Shown one piece after another: positions 50,346 to 63,529 of a DNA stretch of 64,000 nucleotides. Numbering within the stretch: position 1 is the stretch's first letter; the number at the start of each line of letters is the position of its first letter. Both the position numbers and the translations under genes were made by a program. Under the pieces are notes generated by a model, which was not told the origin of the DNA, made no database searches, and saw only the letters and a list, made by a program, of their open reading frames with translations. This DNA comes from Oculina patagonica (lineage: Eukaryota), in assembly GCF_052425735.1 (NCBI RefSeq), contig NC_135761.1:43772001-43836000 (forward strand), given 5' to 3'.

Positions 50346-50489
50346 AGTACCTTAGTGGCCGCGTTGCTTTGCATGCTTTTGCCCGAGACTCGGTTCAAGC
50401 CAACATTGGAGACGATGGAAAAGCAAGAAGATGCAACATTGGAGTCAATTGACAAACAAGAAGAGTCTGGGAACTTGATCGAAGCATAA
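50346..50489 (+). pseudogene. Orphan terminal exon fragment of an SLC22-type transporter
   Basis: STLVAALLCMLLPETRFKPTLETMEKQEDATLESIDKQEESGNLIEA* corresponds to TM12 plus the LLPET motif and acidic tail; AATAAA at 50591. No upstream SLC22 exons were found on this strand. Confidence 0.72.
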
Positions 50490-51481
50490 ATCCAATGATA
50501 GTAAGGGAGGATTGGCGCTGGGGAAGAGAAAACGACAAATCATTCACCTTGTGTTTACTCACTTAATGCAGGTTGTATTCAGATAAGCTCAATAAATAGT
50601 TTTTTTACAAGTTCGTTTGTATAAAACTCTAAACTGCTTTTACAATCGTTTGCTTCGTTCTTACACAAGACTAATCAACACGAAATGTACGACTTGCGCT
50701 GTAAATGGTCGTTACACTTCATTCATCGTGGGACACCCAAGAGCACTTAGTCGGGGCGAAACGAAGTAAACCCGGCAAAAATCGAAAAAAGCCCGGATTT
50801 ACTTCGTTTCTCCCGGATACTTGAACATTAAAAATGCAATCAAATATTATTTCGTCGTAAAACATCGCAATATCCAACTCTTTCGTTTCTCCCTTTTTTT
50901 ACAAAAATACTTCAACTGTACGTTTTCATTTGTTCTGGGGTACAAGTGAAATGCGAAAAAATCAGAGTTGGCCGATTTATTTCCAACTTCTTAGCGTACT
51001 CAAGGAAAAAAAAGGGTGCGATGAACCGTAAGAGAGGTAGAGATGCCTGTCGCAAACATCCATGTAAAACGATACATTCCGATTCCCTTACGGCTGTAGT
51101 GTTTTATGGACAACAGGCAAATTCACCCGCAGAGCACGGCTGCGACTGCTCTAGCCGCCAGTCCCTCGTCCCTTGTCTCTACACACTGCATTTTAAACAA
51201 ACGTTGGTCCGTCAATCAATTCACGGTTTCAGCCTGTTTCTTGTCTGTGCGCTGAATCCAAAACCAATTCTTTGAAGTCCTCTTCATCACTGGTATCCGG
51301 GATCGAAGAATATGGATTTTTCCCCCTAAGGTGAAAACAAAAAATTGAATAAAAGTAAAAAAGCCGATAATTCGACCCTCCTTATATAACCTTACCGGCC
51401 CACGGAACTTTCGAAATTTTTTTCCCGTTCGAGACATGTCTAAGAATAAACTTTGAAATGTAGCCCTGTAAATACTCGTGT

Positions 51482-51642
51482 GCAAACAGAAACGAGGTCA
51501 ACGACGCGAGTCTTGGAGAAGGACTGTCGAAAGGAAGAACATGAGCAGCAGCGGCATCGGCTGCGGAGGACAGAACAGCCTGGAGGCAGAGAGCCTGCAG
51601 CCCAATTCCCCACCAGGAGAAAGGTGAAATGATGATGATGAG
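51482..51642 (+). mobile_element. 5'-truncated RTE-clade LINE 3' end
   Basis: KRGQRRESWRRTVE...AEDRTAWR motif, a (TGA)n tail and a 10-bp TSD ATACTCGTGT (51472-51481, 51643-51652). Confidence 0.82.
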
Positions 51643-52191
51643 ATACTCGTGTAATGTTCTGAGAATTTCACCGAAAAATTTCAAAATCAATCGAGTACCA
51701 GCCAATCAGAGACACAAAACAGATATCTTTAGAGCTACGTCATCAATATTCTTTAACTATATAGCCTATTTAGAGGTTCACAACAGTTTCCAGCACTTTC
51801 CAGCTCTCATAATTTGATGGGTCAGTGCTACAAACCATATTGGGCAACGGTATAAACTGTAAAAAAAAAATCCTTAATTTTAACTTTAAGTACATATAAC
51901 TCAAAAACGAGTCCAGTGACCCCCATTTTTTTATTATTAAATAATGATCAGCGAATAAAGATACAACTTTTTGCAAAGTTAAAAAAAAATTCTGCGGAAT
52001 TTCAAAAATTTCTTCATTCGATAATGTAAAAAAAATGGGGGTCACCGGAACTCGTTTTAGAGTTATAGTTTTTAACCATTTATCCAAGACACATGGGCAG
52101 AGTCTGAAAACGTCTGCCAGACATTTTCAATTTGTGATTGAAATCTCATGCTTGTATAATATACCACTTTTGTTACTTTTGTGGACTGTTA

Positions 52192-52383
52192 CCGCCGCCT
52201 GGTAAGCTCAGTTGGTAGAGAGCCGGACTGCTGTGCGGGAGGTCGAAGGTTCGAAGACCAGACCGGACCAGCACTCGGGTTCTTAAAATAACTGAGGATA
52301 ATGTGCTACCTTTGTAATTGCATCTGCAAATTGTTAGGGATAAACCGTAGGCCCCGTCTCCTGTATCTTCAGTCTTATAACAG

Positions 52384-52426
<43 letters not shown>

Positions 52427-52550
52427 CGAAGCTTCCGGTGCTGTGGTCTGGCCTTTGCAATTGTGTAGTAAATTACAGTATGTGTACAGCGCATTTGAAC
52501 ATATACATATGAAAAATGCGCTATATAAATACATTATCATTATCATTATA
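52192..52550 (+). mobile_element. tRNA-derived SINE (Nin/Deu-domain-like body)
   Basis: A-box TAAGCTCAGTTGG and B-box GGTTCGAAGACC; body GGGGACGTTAAAGAACCCAC; 3' stem-loop AGCGCATTT..AAATGCGCT and a (CATTAT)n tail. Confidence 0.8.
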
Positions 52551-53948
52551 GTCATTTTTAACGCAAGTCCATTATTTTTAGGTTTCGGTGAATGTAAATA
52601 TTTCTTTTGACTATTGACTTTTCGAAGAGATGCTCATGATACTGCCCCTTTAAAGCTAAAATCAAGGGTGTTTTAAACAGGTTATACCGTTGCTTTGGTT
52701 ACAAGTGACGTCAAGAAAATAACCAAAATTTGTTTATCAATGATTGGGCATTTGTTTGATACCATTTTTGTAGTGGTAACAGATAAATGTTTGTAGCACT
52801 GACCCACTAAAGTATAAGAGCTGGAAAGTACTGAAAATTGTTTTGAGCCTCCTTAACAAAAAGATCAAATTTGTCTTACCTTCCCGCTTTAGTTCGTTCC
52901 CACAAAATAAACGCCACCAAAACTACAGCCTAAAGACAAACACTAATTTATAAATTATACATTTCAAAATTCCTGAAAAGAATTGAAATAATATAAGAAG
53001 GGAAAGAATTATACAGGTAAAACCTTAGAATCTTTCAGAAATAAGGTTAGACAGAAAATTTTCAGATACCGTAGATAACATTTAAATTGGTTGATTAAAG
53101 TATATGCCTGGAGATTTTAGAACCGTCTCTCCAGCTTATTAAACATTTACAAAAATAAGACTTATTACTGGTGAATAATCAAGTTTAGTGATATCGCTAG
53201 GGCAACAGCTTGGCTTATCAACGACAATGTAGTTTCAGTGAAACACTTTCATTATTCTTGTAACTTGTATGCTTAGAAATGTATATGAATGCTGTAATGA
53301 GAAAGAGATGAGTATTGTGTATGAGATATAATGAGCAAGAACTTACCTGAGAAAAACAGATAATACCAAGAAGCTGAATAACAATGGAAATAAAAGTTGT
53401 TAAGCCAAACATTCTAACATCAAATTTACACGTCTTTCAGTCAGCAGCTTTTATTGACGTTTTATCAATAGATGAAGTTGATATTGGTCCGTTTTAATGT
53501 CAATAACGACGCATAAGATGAATTACTCGTCTGCTATTTTATGCGTCTAGTGTAATAAAGGAGCGAACTATCGGGTGCATGGTGAAATTATTTAGTCCTT
53601 TAAGACGCACAAATCTAGGAAGATTCCCTTGACGATTTGTCCGTCTTGTGCCCGTCTTTATACTAAGACGCATATTTCGTTTGATGTCCGCCTGTTATAC
53701 AAGACGGATCACCGTGCCAGTCAAGTTTTTCTGTAAGTTCGTCGCTCGAGCCACCCTTAAGCTGCAGACAGTTTGTTTGACGCAGAATCCGTGTTGAGAT
53801 CGTGCTTATACCAAAAAACTTAAGCAGATACACTGAAAAGGCTTAGTTCGTTAAGACCAATTTATTATGCGTCCCTTGTTTAAAACGGCAAATGAGAGTT
53901 TGTGAACAAATCAAATCCGTTAAGCACTGATAACAGGTTTATCCTTAA

Positions 53949-54299
53949 AGGGACTATGTCACGTAGATTTCGCAGATTTTCAGTCTAAACTGTTCTGAAA
54001 TTAGTGGAAGGCATTTTAACCCATAGAAACATTATCTTTAACCATCTAAAGAAAGATATTACATTAATTTGCGGATAGTAATCAAGCTACGGCTACAAAT
54101 ATCGATTTTTTGAAGACGCGCGGAAACAATTTAATTCCGTTTCCATCCGAGCCATCCGCAGCCAAAGATGCTAGTTAACAGTTTCAGTGCTCTAATAAAG
54201 CAATTTCAATAAAAATGGATTATTATTTTTAGGTTTCCTGCGACACAAATATAAACTTTGACCGTTCAAAAATCTGGTAAAATCCGCGACACAGTCCAT
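53949..54299. mobile_element. Kolobok-like MITE
   Basis: TTAA|AGGGACTATGTCACG ... CGCGACACAGTCCAT|TTAA. Confidence 0.65.
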
Positions 54300-56059
54300 T
54301 TAAGTGCGAGAATCGCACAAAATCTTACCACTGTTGCCCATTGAAATCCAAGGTACTGATCTATAATCCCAGCCAGGGTCGGACCAATGGTTGCGCTACA
54401 ATATGAAAATAAACGGCGCAATTTAATAGTATTAAACTTGTACGTTTGCTCTTTGAACCAAGTTCATTTTGTGTTCAAGTTACACATATTCAAAATTAAC
54501 TTTAACGGAACTATATAGAGTGCGCGTGCAACTTACCAAAACGGCAAAAGGTCAAGACGCTTACAAGGAACGCACCAAATTTATGTGGTTGACCTGTTGA
54601 TTCAGGTCAGGCTTTTCCCACTCAATGCACATTGATTTTTTTTAGCTTGATTTGGTTCCTTGTAGCGTCAAAGTCTAAAACGTTTTAAACAATCTGGCAA
54701 GCAGGAGGCACGGCAAGACTTGGAATTCTGCAAATGCTTGAATACATCTAGCTGAGCTATCCGCCTCGCTTGCCCATTTACTTAGCAGATTTCTTTCGTG
54801 TGCGGACATTTTTCGTGAGAGTTTTACCTCACGAGGCCTTGACGAAAATATCTATAGTTTTTGATATTTTTGCCTCGAGAGGAAAAACCCTCAACGTATG
54901 CGGGCGACGTGAGCTACTTGCTCAGCCAAAAATATCAACTGACCAATAAACACACACAGAATGCACACGTGATTCAACATGGCGGCTTCCAAATCAAACT
55001 TGCTAAGCACGTTCCTCACTTTCTACGGTGAAATGTGCAGTGAGTAAATGGCTGATTAAAAGGGCACTTGAGAGGAATAGCTCAGCTAGTTACTTTGGTG
55101 TGCGGCTGGCTTATCGTATGTTATGTAACGTGATGTAACGTTTGCACTGTAACTGGCACGCAACATATTTTAGCACTTGTACTAACAACCGATACACTGA
55201 CAATGACGTAAGTACCGTCGAAGCATGTTTCTAAAATTAATAAAGTCGTTTTTCTTGTGAAGATTTCAACAGCGCTGCTGTTTCCTCGACAGAAAAATTC
55301 ATTGTGCATTTTTACAGGTTATAAACTACATACCCCAAGTTAACCATGCTGCTGTAGATGGTTGAAATCACCGAACGCGTAGCAGAATTGACAGGCCATC
55401 CATTATCCCTATAAACAGAACGGAAAAGATAGAAGATTAAACGAAACTGCTACCAAGGGACCTCGGAGCCGGGGGTCTGGGGGGCTTACCCCCCAAAATA
55501 TTTTCGAAAAAATAAAGACTTTCTAAGAGAAGAGTCTCAAATGCCCCCCCCCCCCACTTTAAGTCACTAGTCAGCCCTCCCCCCCCCCCCATTGGAAAAA
55601 TGCTCCGCAGTCTCTGCTCTTTGCATTTCAGAATAAATTTCAACGCTACAAAAACATGACGTTTTACAACGATATTTATAGAAAAGAAAGTGTGAAACTA
55701 CATTACAATAAATGAGGCCTGGAAAACAGCAAAATGTGCATTCATATGTAAACAGTTTCACTAGTATAGAATGGAGTACGTTTGAGTGTCTAAAGATGGT
55801 TTTGTTCTTCCTAATTAGGAATACTTTCTTTGCGACCATCATTGGATCGAGCGCAGATAAAACAAAAAGTCACATGACACAGTTGACGACGTGGTCAGTA
55901 GTAGTAACAGTCTAACCAATTTTATTTTCATAGGGCAACCTTACATTTATGAAATTGATACTCCGAAGTACCTTTATTTAGAAACTAAAGCTAAAATTAA
56001 ATAAAAAACAAAACATTGAGCATTAAAAAAACTGAAAGATTCACAACTGGTAATGTTAA

Positions 56060-56260
56060 GCCGGCGACACACTTGGCGATTTTATTCGCCGATCGCGGCG
56101 AATTTGATCGCAAGCGATCGGCGAAAAAAATCGCTGATATCTGACATGCCAGATATCGGCAATTTTATACGCGAAAATCGCAATCGCTGCACCGGGCACA
56201 CTTGGCGATTTTCGCCGATCGCGGCGATCGGCGAATAAAATCGCCAAGTGTGTCGCTGAC
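56060..56260. mobile_element. Harbinger-like MITE
   Basis: TIR G.C.GCGACACACTTGGCGATTTTATTCGCCGATCGC in a TTAA context. Confidence 0.8.
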
Positions 56261-56472
56261 TTAAGTGCCACTCACCTCGTAATTTCCACTAAATCTGGTA
56301 TCAATTGCACAATGTAAATTCCCCCGAAAAACCCCATGATCGCCATGGATAGGCAAACAAGCGAAACGCTCCTGGAAGCAAAAATGACAACTGATTAAAA
56401 CGAATGGATTACAGCATGCCGCAGTGCGTGTTCACACGCGACAAAGAGTACGGTGGAACATACGACTATTAA

Positions 56473-57072
56473 CCTTATTCAGACCAGGCTTTTTTGGACC
56501 TTCTCAGACCGGGGGGGACTTCGGAAGCCCCCCCCCCCCATGTAACTTCCAGAATATTTAAGCAATCACCATGGATGTATTGTACGTCCAAAACTCTTTC
56601 TTTTGGTATACTTCACGTGGGATTGTGACGTCACATCACGTGACAATAACATCATGATGTCAAAACAGCTGCCATCTTGGATCCGCCATCTTGGATTTCA
56701 CAATTTTTCCAAAATGCCAGAAAGCCACCCAAAATCACTGCAAAGTACTCAAAATGAATAAAAAAATGAAAATGTGCTTTAAACCCGTAAAAATGTAAAA
56801 AATAATTCCATTTCAGTTGATTTTTATTAAAAGAAACACGCAAAATGACAATTTTGGCAAAACATGCCTGTCAAAATGCCGTTGCCATGGTGATAACAAG
56901 TTCCTGAAACATCATCCAACCCTACCAAAATTGTTGCCAGATAAATTTTAGGAAAACTCAGAAAGTTTGGCAGCGTTTGGTTAAATCTTAAAAAAGTTAT
57001 AAAAGTTCAAAGTCAGCGCGGGCCTCAAAAGCCCCCACCCCCCCCCCCCCCCCCCCCCCCGTTTGAATAGGG
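56473..57072. mobile_element. piggyBac-like MITE (related left-end fragment at 45806-45940)
   Basis: TTAA|CCTTATTCAGAC ... GTTTGAATAGGG|TGAA. Confidence 0.65.
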
Positions 57073-57417
57073 TGAAGCGGGAAATGGCAAGTTGATAGAG
57101 GTCAGCCGCTTTATAGCGGAGCTCCGCAAGCGCCGAAGGCGCGCGCATGCGTAGCCCCATACCTTAGAATTTTTGGTAAACCATCGAGCCGGAAAATTTT
57201 GGTTGTCACGTGACCGTTCGACCGACCGACCGACCGTACGTACGCACGGAAAAGGACTGGGGATGAATTACTGTGGCAACCCGCGTTTTTTTGTCGCAAA
57301 ATCGCAGCGTTAAATTCTCTTGGCAAAGAAATTTTTCAAAACGACTATTGTCAAATTCTATTCAGCGAGTCTGAAGGTTAGAACTTGAGAAAAACATATT
57401 TATTTCGGTCTCTTGTT

Positions 57418-59811
57418 ATGTCGATATCGACAAACGAGAGTGGAGCAAACTTAACTTCGATTAGACAGGGTTTAAGCGAACTGCGACGGGAAAGAGAGCG
57501 AGAAAGATCAAGAGAGAACAGACGAAAACGTAGCGAAGAACAGCGACAAAAAGAGCAAGAAAGGTGCCGACAGAACAGGCAAAGAAAAAGCGAAGAACAG
57601 CGAGAAAGAGAATTAACGACAAAGAGCACGGCAAAGAAGGCAAAGATGTAGGGAAGAACAACAGGAAAGGCAACGGAGACAAAACAAGCAGTGTTTTGGT
57701 GAAGGTGAGTACGTATTTTACTCGCTTAAAGCTTATGTTATTCCTTAGTTTTGCCACTAGGTATTTGCTTGTGATATGGCTAATGTTGAAAAAATATTAC
57801 TATTCGTTAAAATTCAATTTTATAAATAGGAGCCTGAGAGTTTGATTCTGTGATATAAATGTCTTTGAGACTGGAAAACAAATGCTCGATGAAAACCGGG
57901 CTAAAAGCATTCTAGTTCAGTGTCAGAAGGAGTAAAAACAACATTTCATTTTCCAGTATGTTTGATATGTTTTCTTTCATTCTAGCTGGCACGAATTTTT
58001 TTCTACGGGTTCGCATAAAAGCCGATAGCTCAGTTTGTTTTCTATTGTGTCCAGAGAGAGAATGAACCAATCATAAGTCACTTATTGTTTAATTGACCAA
58101 TCATGAGCCGCTGCTCAAATGTTTGCTCCGTGAGACCAAGAGTCGAGACTCTTGTTTCAGGCTCCTGTGTATGGCCATTTTGTGTTATTCTATAGCTTTA
58201 ATTTCGGAAAACGGAGCGTAGTACAGCAGAATTTTCAATTCAGTAATAGAGTAAGGTCGGAAAACAATCTCACAGTAAGATTTACCAAGCGTTTGTTGTA
58301 GACTCTTTTCATCAAGAAGTGAAATCGAAGCGAGGACACATCTTACAGATGCGCTAAATAAATCCTCGACACTCTACCAAAGAAAAGGTATTATTGATCT
58401 TCATTCATAACGAAAACTCTTCGTTGTTTGAATAACGCTCAAAGTGTTTAGACCTGTTTAGATTCACAATAATTCTACGGATGTGTTATTAACTATCAAT
58501 ACTTCAGGGCGACGCTCTATGGACATGCAGTTTGACTGTGTAATCTATGTGAACAAATATTTATGGGGCCTTTCAAGGACGAATTTGTATACGTAATTGG
58601 ACTACATGCTGTCCAATTTGGAAATAATTTGATGAAAAAAATTCCGAGGGCAGCCAAAATTGGACGAGGCCGTAGGCCGAGTCCAATTTGGCTGTCAGAG
58701 GAATTTTTTGAATCTAATTATTTCCAAATTGGACAAGCATGTAGTCCGGTTACATATTAATTATATAGCTTGTAGTCAGTCAATCCAGCATAAACAATAA
58801 ACTTATGTCCAGACGGGAAAAGCAATCATCAATAGTAGGCATAACACAGCACATGTAACTCACTCGAAGCATTGTCTTCACAAATCAAACTTAACAAAAC
58901 AGTGCAATTTTATTCACCTGAGTTTGCAAAGCTTGCTACAAAGTGAGTGAAAACACTGCATCAATCAATGAAAGTCGTAAACAAACTCAGTGCAAAGTGT
59001 CCGAAGAGCGTAACAACTTCTTGAATCTGACAAACTCCTTTCCACTATCTCGTTCGTACTTCATCGCCGTCTTTTCTCTTCGAATTTCAGCAAAAAACGA
59101 CAAAGAATTGCATCTAGCTCGTGGCTATGAATATCTGACAGATTTCTTGCTTCGCTTTGCTGCACTTACGTTCACCAAAGTTTTGTACTATTTGAGGTGT
59201 TTTGCTCTTGGTTTTTGCTTCGTAGTGTAGCTAGCTCCTCTTCTGACAACGTAGAAAATTTCTCTTTGTTGTTACTATTGCTGAAAAGCTCAAAAAGAAT
59301 GGAAAAACGTAGCAACTTGCCTCTGAATTCCGCCATTGTCGACTAACAATGCGACAAGTTTACAGGGCTGACGCTATGCTTTGTGCTAATTGGCTAATAT
59401 CCGTCACATGTTGTTTTTTCTTCGATTTGATTGGCTGAGACAAAAGTGTCCAATTTTTCTTAAATTGGACAGTTTGTGCATTTTACCTGAAAGTCCTAAT
59501 TGAAACTATCCAAATTTAATCCCAAATTGGACAGTTCTCAGAAATTAAGGAAAAATAGCTGCGCTGACAATATAGGATTTACTGACAGCTATATAATTAA
59601 GAGAGAAATTCGACGGATTTTAAAGACATTTGTGATTTTTACGTGTTTGGGATGTCATAATTTTGTTTTACAGTACTGGGAAATCAGTTGCTGGAATCAG
59701 TGGAATGTCAAGATGAAAGTGATCGCAGTTTGGAAGAAGCGCCTTCGCCTGAGATTTTGTTATCTCCAACTGATCATGAAAGGGATCCAGTGCAGATTAT
59801 TCATGATGCAG
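57418..59811 (+). pseudogene. Spliced, frameshifted ORF remnant (Arg/Glu-rich coiled coil plus acidic exon), probably transposon-borne (exons 57418-57704, 59674-59811)
   Basis: ATG at 57418; a frameshift near 57616 restores RQRARQRRQRCREEQQERQRRQ..GE G|GTGAGT. The phase-1 acceptor TTTTACAG at 59673 opens a stop-free 138-nt exon ending CAG|GTACG. Confidence 0.5.
58587..59597 (+). mobile_element. Non-autonomous element with a terminal palindrome (hairpin-core family)
   Basis: TGTCCAATTTGGAAATAATT..CAGCCAAAATTGG / CCAATTTGGCTG..AATTATTTCCAAATTGGACA around ACGAGGCCGTAGGCCGAGT. Confidence 0.65.
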
Positions 59812-61044
59812 GTACGTGTAATAAATCACTGCTCGTTTTAATGAGTAAACAAGAACATTGAGAAGCTTGAGAAGCTTAAAATCGGGCGCTTTGCCTTGAA
59901 AGGTAGGGTTCAGTACAGCAGAAACCACGAAGCAGTTACTTAAGTAGCACTCAGTCCGACTGTGTTTGTGTAAGTCACAGGGCTTGCATGAGCTGTATTA
60001 GTGTGCATAATATAATATCTAGAACGTTGTCGAGATTGCATTATTACTTAATGACATGATGGTTTCAATTTATAAATGTATCTCACACAATACAAATAAA
60101 CGATTGAAGTAGACGACTAGACAATGTAAAGTTTTAAGACTTAGCAAAGTGCAGTGTATTGGTAATACTGTAAGGTGCGGTTTCACCTGAAGGTCGTGTG
60201 CTTTTCGGTATTTTCCAGGCATTGCACTTTGATGGGACAGTACTACAACTGTTTACCGGGGAACTACTATTGTCAAGAAAATGATCACAAATTGTTGATG
60301 AATGATTGAACATTTGTTTCATACCATTACTGTAATAGCAATTGATGAAGGCTTTTAGTCCTGAACCAAAGTATAAGGACTGGGAAATACTGAAACCCAT
60401 TATCAGCCACCTTAAACGGAAATATCTTGTTGGTGTTTCAAGGAATCCAAGGAAACTTCACTCATCCCATGTATCTATGTATTGCGGTATTTTGTAATTT
60501 TTTGAGTGATTTTTGGGGATGTTTGGCAGGTGATAGTTTTTTTTAAAAGAATTAGTAAAATTTAGACAACTAAGAAATATTGAAAATTTAATGTGAATTT
60601 AACATTGGAATTTGAAGTTAGAAATTGGCAGACGGACACCAAACAGTCCCGTGACATCCTGGAGTGTTTTTGCATGGGAACAACTGTGTGATGATGTTTC
60701 CATTTTTTTCTTCAATCCCCACTGATAAAGAACTGTTGTTGGTGTTATGTTGGTGTTATCACATGTCAAGCCTTTAACAAGGTATGAAAGAACACAAGGA
60801 TTTAAATTATTCTGGTGCTCAATTTTTGCGTAACTAAAATTAATGTTACTCAAATTCCTGATGGATTCTGTCTTAAACTGTTACGAGCTTAGTATTTCCA
60901 AATTATTGCATGTCAATGTAAGGCAAGACAAGACATGCCTTGGTTCTTATGTAATTCTCTTAAAAACACATAAGATATTGACTATAATTTTGTCTGTGCT
61001 ATGGCAATTCACAGTGGGGTGGTCTTGATGTGTCTTTAACTTGT

Positions 61045-61965
61045 AGACTGGACTGGACTAGTAAAACGAGGACTAGTAAAACGCGGACTTGTAAAACGCC
61101 TCTAGACACTTCGAATTCCTTCGCCACAATCATCTTACGGCTCTCTTCAATACATAATGTCTCAAAAAAACAGTAACCTCAGAAAGAAGTCAGAAGCAAA
61201 TAAGGTCTAAAGACCGAATTTGAACATATAACGGCAAATGTTCTAATGTCACGAACGTAGGAGTCGTGTAGGCCCGTCACCTTTATTTACCACATACTGC
61301 CCCCGAATTAAAACAGTACCCTCAGAAAGAAGTCAGAAGCAAATAAGGTCGAAAGACCGAATTTAAACATTAAACGGCAAATATTCTAATGTCACGAACG
61401 TAGGAGTCGTGTAGGCCCGTCACCTTTATTTACGATTGACTGTTGATTTCTGGACGGGCCCCGTTCTACCTCGTGCGAGCAATACAAACGACTGCACTCA
61501 ACAGACGTCAAGTAGTGGAAAGAAAGAAACATATGCACACAACTCATAGCATCAGTCCCGTTGTTTTAGTAGGGGTTTGCAGAACGAACATGTGCTATAC
61601 TACAAAAACATCTCCACGCTAAAACAGACCATAGAGTGCTCAAAAAAGCTAGAAATATGCCGTCGAAGAAACACACAAGAGCTTCAAACACAAATTGTTT
61701 CGCTCGCTAAACCGTTTAGTTTTATCCGATTTCCAAGTGCTTGTTTTACAAGTCCGCGTTTTACTAGTCCTCGTTTTACAAGTCCGCGTTTTACTAGTCC
61801 CCGTTTTACTAGTCCGCCTTTTACAAGTCCGCGTTTTACCTGAGTCCGCGTTTTACTAGTCCGCGTTTTACAAGTCCGCGTTTTACTAGTCCGCGTTATA
61901 CTAGTCCGCGTTTTACAAGTCCGCGTTTTACTAGTCCGCGTTTTACTAGTCCAGTCCAGTCCTCT
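61045..61965. mobile_element. DNA transposon-like element with TIRs built of 15-bp tandem units (about 14 copies at 61745-61950) and an internal ~143-bp direct repeat
   Basis: GACTGGACTGGACTAGTAAAACG / CGTTTTACTAGTCCAGTCCAGTC; unit AGTCCGCGTTTTACT; repeat 61170-61290 ~ 61313-61432. Confidence 0.75.
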
Positions 61966-63529
61966 AAATACAGTATGCCAAAACTCCCCGCCCTCTAAAG
62001 ATAAGTCCTTGACGGTTCTTGTCGTTTTTCGGTGCCTATTCATCTTCGGCATCTTTCTCATCCATCTCTCGTTCTGTCCTGTGTCTTTCATCACACGAAA
62101 GAAAAGCTGATTCTCAAAAAATCTGCCACAAAAGGAAATTGACAAAAACAATATGAAAACCATATATCGAAAGTTTCTTATTCTAAAATTTTATCATACG
62201 TCTTAATTCAGAGCTACAAAGAAGTTCCTCCTTTTGAGTTATTGATACTGTTCTTACAGTACCTCTTTCCACTAGCAAAATTTTACAAAATTCCTTCGCG
62301 GCGAAAAGGTAGCGCGAATCCAGAACAGACTCCAATCGAGAGTGGGTTAATTCTAGATTACTATTAATTAACTATTACAACATTCATTTTTAAAATAGTT
62401 TCCCAAGCCGACTAAGCTAACTAAACGTCGAGTGTATCTTTCAGTAAACAAAACATGCCGTTATGACGCCGGAAATCCAGCTCACGCATACTATACCCCG
62501 TGACTCACGCAAACCTCCGACTTACGTGCTACTACAGTCATTCCTTTCTAAACATTTTTTTTTTGACCACCACCGTACCTTTCTACCCAAAAAACTCATG
62601 AAACCGCCCGGTTTTAACCTGTTTTAACCTTTCAAAAAGTAGAGCGTTCGAAACTAAATAAGATCCGTAATCACAAACAACATACAGCCGTTTACCAGCA
62701 CTCTTTAAAACTCCTGAAACCCTTCAAAATCAGGCAAAATAAATCTTTGAAATAACCTTTATCAATGTTTCTTATTTTTTATTCAGTTCTATAAAATGCC
62801 TTTCATACACTACTGTCAAACAAAAATTTCAATTTCCTCAAAGTTTCAAGACAAAAGAATAACAAATATTTCGTGCACAATGTAATTTGATTAAGCCAAT
62901 ATTATCACGTCTAAAAATACTTCAAGCAATTCAGTGAAAACCCGTTTTTTTTTCGTATCAACGAAAACCACTTTCGAATAATCAATACATGAAAATAACA
63001 ATAAGATCAAAAGGAAGAAAGGAACCTTTCTAATTATTTGAAGACTTTCAAAGCCGTGATATTATGCATCCAATCCGCGATCCGCAAAATCCAAGTTCTC
63101 ATTTTGAATTCCATTTTTTTCAGTTGATACCTTTATCCAACTTGTGAAAAATTCCATTCAAGTTCCTATTAATACTGTACATTCCCAATGTTTTGCTCAG
63201 GTCTTCAGAAGCGTCTTACTAACCAAATCTAAAATAATTCCAAAACATGCTGTACAAACATTCTATTCTTTGTGACAAACGACTTGACGACCAATTGTTC
63301 AGAAATGAAACTCGACACAGTTCTTGCTAAATAAAAAAAAAGTTTTACGGCGGAGTCAGGCTCAAAAAATATACCGCAAGATCACACCCCCATTCATAGT
63401 CAGAAACCAGCAAACCATCTAGTTTGCTAAAAAAAACACTGCGTGACATCAATGACGTTACCTTTTTCATTTACAAAAATAACTTTAACTTGTCAAAGTA
63501 AGTGCAATTTCACAATGGTGAATATCAGT

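Noticed and set aside
52192-52270. tRNA gene
   Set aside because: A/B boxes are present, but there is no proper acceptor stem and it continues into a SINE body and tail.
48921-56260. Harbinger MITEs as direct derivatives of the 14391 element
   Set aside because: Their TIR sequences and TSDs (TAA/TTA) differ from GGGTGTTTACC and CCA.
61745-61950. CRISPR-like array, or the PRFTS/KTRTS repeat ORFs
   Set aside because: Head-to-tail 15-mers without spacers; these are subterminal transposon repeats in eukaryotic DNA.
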